Of a stretch of 64,000 nucleotides of DNA, positions 59,486 to 64,000 are shown piece after piece. The translations under genes and the position numbers were made by a program. How positions within the stretch are numbered: position 1 is the first letter of the stretch; the number at the start of each line of letters is the position of its first letter. The notes beneath the pieces were generated by a model, which was not told the DNA's origin, did no database searches, and saw only the letters and a program-made list of their open reading frames with translations. Source of the stretch: an uncultured bacterium (lineage in GTDB: Bacteria; Krumholzibacteriota; Krumholzibacteriia; Krumholzibacteriales; Krumholzibacteriaceae); assembly GCA_963813815.1 (NCBI GenBank), contig CAWFAD010000012.1:1-64000 (forward strand), written 5' to 3'.

Positions 59486-60520
59486 CTATTCTCCTATTTG
59501 GATATGCGTGAGCTCCTCGACGGTCGTATCGAGGAGCGACAGCACCTGCCGGTAGGACATTCTCATCGGGCCGAGCACGCCGAGAATGCCGTCGCAATCC
59601 GACGTCCGAAACCGCCGGGTGACGATGGCGAAATCCTCGAGCTCGGCGATGCGATTCTCGCGCCCGATCGTCACCGAGAGATCCGTGTCGAGCCGGTTCT
59701 TGAGCACGCCGAGCATGATCGTCCGCTCGCCCATGAGCCGCACGAGACTCTGCAGAATCCTCGGATTGCTCAGCTCGTAGCTGTCCGCCTGGCGCTCGAT
59801 TCCCCGATACGAGTATTCGAGATCGTACGGCGAATCGAAGAGGAACGCCGCCTCGCGAAACACCGCCGAGACTATTTCGCGCTCGGTGCCCGCGCCCTCC
59901 CGCAGAAAGCTCTCGAGGCGCTCCGGCGCTCGCTCCAGAGCGTGTCCGGCGATCCGCTCGTTGATCATCCTGCCGGCGCCCTCGACGACGTGCGAAGGGT
60001 AGTCGCGATCGAATCGCACGAAGACCTTTCTCGCATCGCCGGGGGCCAGCGTGAGGATGACGAGTCCGCCGCGGCTCTCGAGGAGCACGATCTCGAAGCG
60101 CTCGACGACGCGGCTTGCCTGCACGACGCCCATCGTGAGCCCCATGTAATCGGTGATCTCGCTGAGAAGCCTCGACGTCGCCGCCATGAGCTCGCGCACG
60201 TCGCGCCAGTCCTGGCCGATTTTCGTGCGAATCCGTTCCGCGAGAACGCGGTTCGGCGGACCGAGCGCCCGGATGCCGTCGACGTAGAGACGATAGCCGC
60301 TGTCGCTCGGCACCCTCCCCGCCGAAACGTGCGGTTTGTGGATGAGCCCGAGATCCTCGAGACGATGAAGGATCTTTCGTATGTTCGCCGTGCTCTCCTC
60401 GAGCCTGAAGTGCGATTTTATCATCCGGCTGCTCACCGGTTCGCCCGTCGCGACGAATATGTCGATGACATTGCGTAATATTCTTATTTCGTCTTGAGTT
60501 ATGAGAATTTTATCGCCCAT
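59486..60520 (-). CDS. hrcA: heat-inducible transcription repressor HrcA
   Basis: TGEPVSS, STANIR, PHVSAGRVPSDSGYRLYVD, GVLGPMRMSY. Confidence 0.94.
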   Translation of the reverse strand: MGDKILITQDEIRILRNVIDIFVATGEPVSSRMIKSHFRLEESTANIRKILHRLEDLGLIHKPHVSAGRVPSDSGYRLYVDGIRALGPPNRVLAERIRTKIGQDWRDVRELMAATSRLLSEITDYMGLTMGVVQASRVVERFEIVLLESRGGLVILTLAPGDARKVFVRFDRDYPSHVVEGAGRMINERIAGHALERAPERLESFLREGAGTEREIVSAVFREAAFLFDSPYDLEYSYRGIERQADSYELSNPRILQSLVRLMGERTIMLGVLKNRLDTDLSVTIGRENRIAELEDFAIVTRRFRTSDCDGILGVLGPMRMSYRQVLSLLDTTVEELTHIQIGE

Positions 60521-60523
60521 GGA

Positions 60524-60550
60524 ATAGCACTCTCCTAGACGGACTGCTAC
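60524..60550. promoter_or_regulatory. CIRCE operator (HrcA site)
   Basis: ATAGCACTC-N9-GACTGCTAC versus consensus TTAGCACTC-N9-GAGTGCTAA; overlaps the hrcA RBS. Confidence 0.85.
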
Positions 60551-60560
60551 ATTTCATAAG

Positions 60561-60589
60561 AATGTACGGAGTTCGGTCGCGATTGTCAA
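60561..60589 (-). promoter_or_regulatory. sigma70 promoter of hrcA-grpE-dnaK-dnaJ
   Basis: TTGACA-N17-TACATT just upstream of CIRCE. Confidence 0.75.
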
Positions 60590-60626
60590 GAAAGAGGTCG
60601 AACCGGCGCCGGGAAAACGCGGAAGA

Positions 60627-61238
60627 TCAGCGAATTATATCCCCGATGCGCGAGAAACGGATCCAGTGCTTCCCGTAATCCAGAGAAAAATAGATGAAAA
60701 GCGCCTTGCCGCGCAGAAGCTTCCGGTTCACGGGGCCCCAGTAGCGGCTGTCGGAGCTGTTGTCTCGATTGTCGCCGAAAACGAGGATGTGATCCTCCGG
60801 CACGGTGTACGGACCGAAGGTGGGACGCTCGACGTCCCCATAGAGGTATTTCACGTACTTCTCTTGCTTCTCCACGCCGTCGACGAAGAGACGGCTGTCG
60901 CGAAACTCAACCGTCTGTCCGGCGACCGCGACGCAGCGCTTGATGTAGTCGGTTTTGCCGTCGCCGGGCCATTTGAAGATCACGATGTCCCCCGCACGAG
61001 GATCGCGCACCGCCGGCAGGAAAAGGTCCACGAAGGGCACCTTGGCCCCGTAGAGAAACTTGTTCGCGAAGAGAAAGTCCCCCTTGAGGAGCGTGTCCTC
61101 CATGGATTCGGAGGGAATGTGATAGCTCTGGATGATGAGGGCGCGCACGATGAGGGCGAGGATGACGGCCGTCGCGACTATCTCGACATACTCGCGCAGC
61201 TTCGATTTCGGTTTCTTGTCCTTGGTATCGGACTTCAT
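60627..61238 (-). CDS. lepB: signal peptidase I
   Basis: IPSESMEDTL (Ser), DYIKRCV (Lys), GDNRDNSSDSRYWG. Confidence 0.95.
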   Translation of the reverse strand: MKSDTKDKKPKSKLREYVEIVATAVILALIVRALIIQSYHIPSESMEDTLLKGDFLFANKFLYGAKVPFVDLFLPAVRDPRAGDIVIFKWPGDGKTDYIKRCVAVAGQTVEFRDSRLFVDGVEKQEKYVKYLYGDVERPTFGPYTVPEDHILVFGDNRDNSSDSRYWGPVNRKLLRGKALFIYFSLDYGKHWIRFSRIGDIIR

Positions 61239-61384
61239 CGCGGCCTCCCGTGAATGTTGACGCCCGCTCTCCCATACGTGATCGCGGGCGCGTATGTTCC
61301 AGTAATACTAACCGTTTCGGTCGTCCCGCGCAAATGCCGATTTGCCGCTGAGCCCGGCGCGACGCGGCGTCCGCCGCCGGGCGA

Positions 61385-62128
61385 TCAGTAACGCAGGACG
61401 ATCTGCAGTCCCACGCGGTCGGCGGAGGCCGCCGGGGCGACCTGGAAACGCATATCGTCGAGATGCGCGTCGACGTAGGCGTCGATCACGATCACGAGCA
61501 CGGCGGCCGCCGACCACCAGATCCAATCCACGGAGCGGTCCCAGTACTCCGTCACCCACGAATCGTGAAATCGCCATTCGCTCGAGCTCACCGGATAGGT
61601 GTCGCGCACCGCTTTCTCGCGGCTCCAGAGACGCCGATTCTGATAGATCATGAGCGTGTAAAAGGTTTCGACGCCCATACCGATCGCCGCTTTGAGCGGC
61701 TTCTCGTTGTACATCTGGCCGAGCCCCGGGAAGGTGAGCGCGCAGAGCATGGCGACCCGCCCGCTGCGTCTCTGCCGATACTCCTTGCCCGCGAACCCCG
61801 CCGTCTCGCCCCCGAGGATCGATTTGAGCTCGTCCATCGTCCAAACGCCGCCCTCGGGAGGCGCGAACGCCGTATCCGGCCGCGCGGCGCGGACGGAATC
61901 GGAGCCGCTCGCCGACGCCGTGTCCTCCGGAGCGACCCACGCCGTATCCGCAACCGGCGAGGCGGCCGAATCCGCGGCGGCCCGGACGGCGTCGGCCGGA
62001 ACCGCGGCGATCGATCCCTCAGGCCACAGCGGGCCGCCGGCCGCCACAGGGTTCGCGGCCGCGAGGACGCCGAGCATCGCCAGCGCGACGGCTATGGTTT
62101 TCCCGTAAAATGCAGGTTTCAGAGGCAT
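61385..62128 (-). CDS. exported or membrane protein, DUF5683-like
   Basis: Signal peptide, Ala-rich linker, AMLCALTFPGLGQMYN, IDAYVDAHL. Confidence 0.7.
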   Translation of the reverse strand: MPLKPAFYGKTIAVALAMLGVLAAANPVAAGGPLWPEGSIAAVPADAVRAAADSAASPVADTAWVAPEDTASASGSDSVRAARPDTAFAPPEGGVWTMDELKSILGGETAGFAGKEYRQRRSGRVAMLCALTFPGLGQMYNEKPLKAAIGMGVETFYTLMIYQNRRLWSREKAVRDTYPVSSSEWRFHDSWVTEYWDRSVDWIWWSAAAVLVIVIDAYVDAHLDDMRFQVAPAASADRVGLQIVLRY

Positions 62129-62137
62129 ATATGAATC

Positions 62138-62235
62138 TGGCGGGAATGTGTGGGAATCGAACCCACCCCGGATGGTTTTAGCACCCGGCGGAAGGATTTG
62201 AAGTCCTCGAGGTCCACCAGAACCCATCCATTCCC
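62138..62235 (-). tRNA. selC: tRNA-Sec (anticodon TCA)
   Basis: 98 nt; 8-position acceptor GGGAATGG/ACATTCCC, 6-bp D-stem with TGGT loop, CTTCAAA anticodon loop, long variable arm, 5-bp T-stem, GCCA end. Confidence 0.93.
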
Positions 62236-62276
62236 GCAACGCCGCAACACGTCCCCCCGCGATCCCCGGCGCCGGC

Positions 62277-62660
62277 TCACCGTCCGATGCGCGCGATCGC
62301 TTCGATCTCCACGAGCGCGCCGAGCGGGAGCCGTCCCACCTGGTACGTGGCCCGCGCCGGAGGAGCCTCGCCGAAGAAGGTCGCATAGACCTCGTTCAGA
62401 ACTGCGAAATCGTCCATCGACTGGAGCAGCACCGTCGTCTTCACGACCGCGGCCATCGTCGTCCCGGCGGCCTCGCAGATCGCGGCGACATTTTTGAGCG
62501 CCCGCCGCGCCTCGGCCTCGATCCCTCCGTCGACGAGCTTCTTCGTCTCCGGATCGATCCCGAGCTGCCCCGATACGAAGAGAAATTCCCCCGCGAGGAT
62601 GCCCTGACTGTACGGTCCGATGGCGGCGGGGGCCGCCTTCGTGCGGATCACCTGTTTCAC
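62277..62660 (-). CDS. ridA: RidA-family enamine/imine deaminase
   Basis: APAAIGPYSQG, SGQL, VVKTTV, PPARA, LP..VEIEAIA; GTG behind GGAGG. Confidence 0.93.
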   Translation of the reverse strand: MKQVIRTKAAPAAIGPYSQGILAGEFLFVSGQLGIDPETKKLVDGGIEAEARRALKNVAAICEAAGTTMAAVVKTTVLLQSMDDFAVLNEVYATFFGEAPPARATYQVGRLPLGALVEIEAIARIGR

Positions 62661-62695
62661 CGTGCCTCCTCCGAGAACGGTCGTCGCACCGAAGA

Positions 62696-64000
62696 TCACT
62701 CGACCGTGACGCTTTTCGCGAGGTTGCGGGGTTGATCGACGTTGCACCCCCGCAGCACCGCGATGTGGTACGCCAGCAACTGCAGCGGAATCACCGAGAG
62801 AATCGGATAGAGGAAGTCGAGCGTGCGCGGAATGTAGATCACGTGATCCGCCATCTCGACGACCTCGGTGTTCCCTTCGTTCGTGATCGCGATGATCCTG
62901 CCCTTGCGCGCCTTTACCTCGGCAATGTTGCCGACGATCTTCTGGTACGCCGCGTCGCGCGGGCAGATGAACACGACCGGCATGTTCTCGTCGATGAGGG
63001 CGATCGGGCCGTGCTTCATCTCCGCCGCGGGATACCCCTCGGCGTGCACGTAGGAGATTTCCTTGAGCTTGAGCGCTCCCTCGAGGGCGACCGGATAGTT
63101 GGCGCCGCGGCCGAGATAGAGGAAATTGTTGTGCTGAGCGAGCTGCTCGGCGATGCCGCGGATCGACTCGCTCGTATCGAGAATGGAGGCGACCTGCCCG
63201 GGGACCGCCTGAATCGCCTTCACGATTTTCTGGCCCTCGGCCTCGGAGATCGTGCGCAGGCGGCCGAAGATGAGCGCGATGAGGCTCAACACCGTGATCT
63301 GGGAGGTAAAGGCCTTCGTCGACGCGACGCCGATCTCCGGACCCGCGTGAATGTAGACGCCCGCGTGCGACTCGCGGGCGATCGTGCTGCCGACGACGTT
63401 GCAGATGCCGAGGCAGCGCGCCCCGCGCCGCCCGGCCTCTCGGAGCGCCGCGAGCGTGTCGACCGTCTCTCCGGACTGGCTGATCGCGAAGACGATCGTG
63501 CCGTCCTCGATGACGGGATTGCGGTAGCGGAACTCGCTCGCGTACTCGACCTCGACGGGAATGCGCGCCTTCTCCTCGATCATGTACTCGCCGATGAGCC
63601 CCGCGTGCCAGCTCGTGCCGCACCCGATGAGCAGGATGCGCTTCACGTTCCGGAGCTCCTCCTCCGTCATGTTGAGACCGCCGAGATGCGCCTCCCCCGT
63701 CGCCGCGATGAGGCGCCCGCGCATGGCGTTCGTGATCGTTTCCGGCTGCTCGCGAATCTCCTTGATCATGAAGTGCGGATGGCCGCCGCGCTCGATCATA
63801 TCGAGATCCCAGTCGATTTTCTGGACGTCGTGGCTCACGTATTCGTTCTGGACCGTCATGGTTGTGAAGCCGTCGCGGGTCGCCACGATCATTTCGTGAT
63901 CCTCGAGATAGATCACCTGGCGCGTGTGCTTGAGGATCGCCGCGACGTCGCTCGCGATGATGTACTCGCTCTCGCCGATGCCCATGACAACGGGCGAGCC
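62696..64000 (-). CDS. glmS: glutamine-fructose-6-phosphate transaminase (5' part outside the window)
   Basis: KEIREQP, CGTS, SQSGET, VASTKAF, EGALKLKEISY, KHGP, DQPRNLAKSVTVE. Confidence 0.96.
   Translation of the reverse strand, partial: GSPVVMGIGESEYIIASDVAAILKHTRQVIYLEDHEMIVATRDGFTTMTVQNEYVSHDVQKIDWDLDMIERGGHPHFMIKEIREQPETITNAMRGRLIAATGEAHLGGLNMTEEELRNVKRILLIGCGTSWHAGLIGEYMIEEKARIPVEVEYASEFRYRNPVIEDGTIVFAISQSGETVDTLAALREAGRRGARCLGICNVVGSTIARESHAGVYIHAGPEIGVASTKAFTSQITVLSLIALIFGRLRTISEAEGQKIVKAIQAVPGQVASILDTSESIRGIAEQLAQHNNFLYLGRGANYPVALEGALKLKEISYVHAEGYPAAEMKHGPIALIDENMPVVFICPRDAAYQKIVGNIAEVKARKGRIIAITNEGNTEVVEMADHVIYIPRTLDFLYPILSVIPLQLLAYHIAVLRGCNVDQPRNLAKSVTVE

Noticed and set aside
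1..64000. In-frame UGA selenoprotein genes, CRISPR arrays, IS elements, rRNA, defence or phage genes
   Set aside because: TGA-ended genes appear full length for their families; no spaced repeats, transposases, integrases or rRNA signatures were seen by eye

Overview
High-GC chromosomal window from a diderm bacterium, almost entirely minus-strand and mostly housekeeping. The FCB-related candidate phyla (Krumholzibacteriota/Latescibacterota/Eisenbacteria) are suggested by a C-terminal TWGxIK motif; this is inference. Left to right: partial corA; hbd, thiolase, split B12-dependent acyl-CoA mutase with isobutyryl-CoA mutase signature residues, meaB and cobO; an orphan Cys-rich histidine kinase; a secreted lamin-tail protein; a divergent ECF sigma/anti-sigma/membrane-protein module; gatCAB; pcrA; a metallopeptidase/propeller-fused Omp85 with TamB and TamA; rseP-dxr-cdsA-uppS-frr-pyrH-tsf-rpsB-rpsI-rplM; mtnA-maf-dtd-recJ; RNase P RNA; a plus-strand porin/peptide/SSS importer module; DEAD helicase, rnhA and a zinc-ribbon gene behind a terminator-ended leader RNA; tRNA(CAT), rpoD, dnaG, mutS2, cvpA, yqeY, rsmE; the hrcA-grpE-dnaK-dnaJ operon with CIRCE; lepB; tRNA-Sec; ridA; partial glmS. 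I saw no mobile elements, CRISPR arrays, rRNA or defence systems. The best novelty leads are the unrecognised leader RNA (44884-45060), the peptidase-Omp85/TAM locus, the TWGxIK tail, a low-GC promoter-bearing island inside dnaG, and a twin ECF promoter motif. All calls come from reading the sequence by eye; no searches were run, and start codons were refined by hand.
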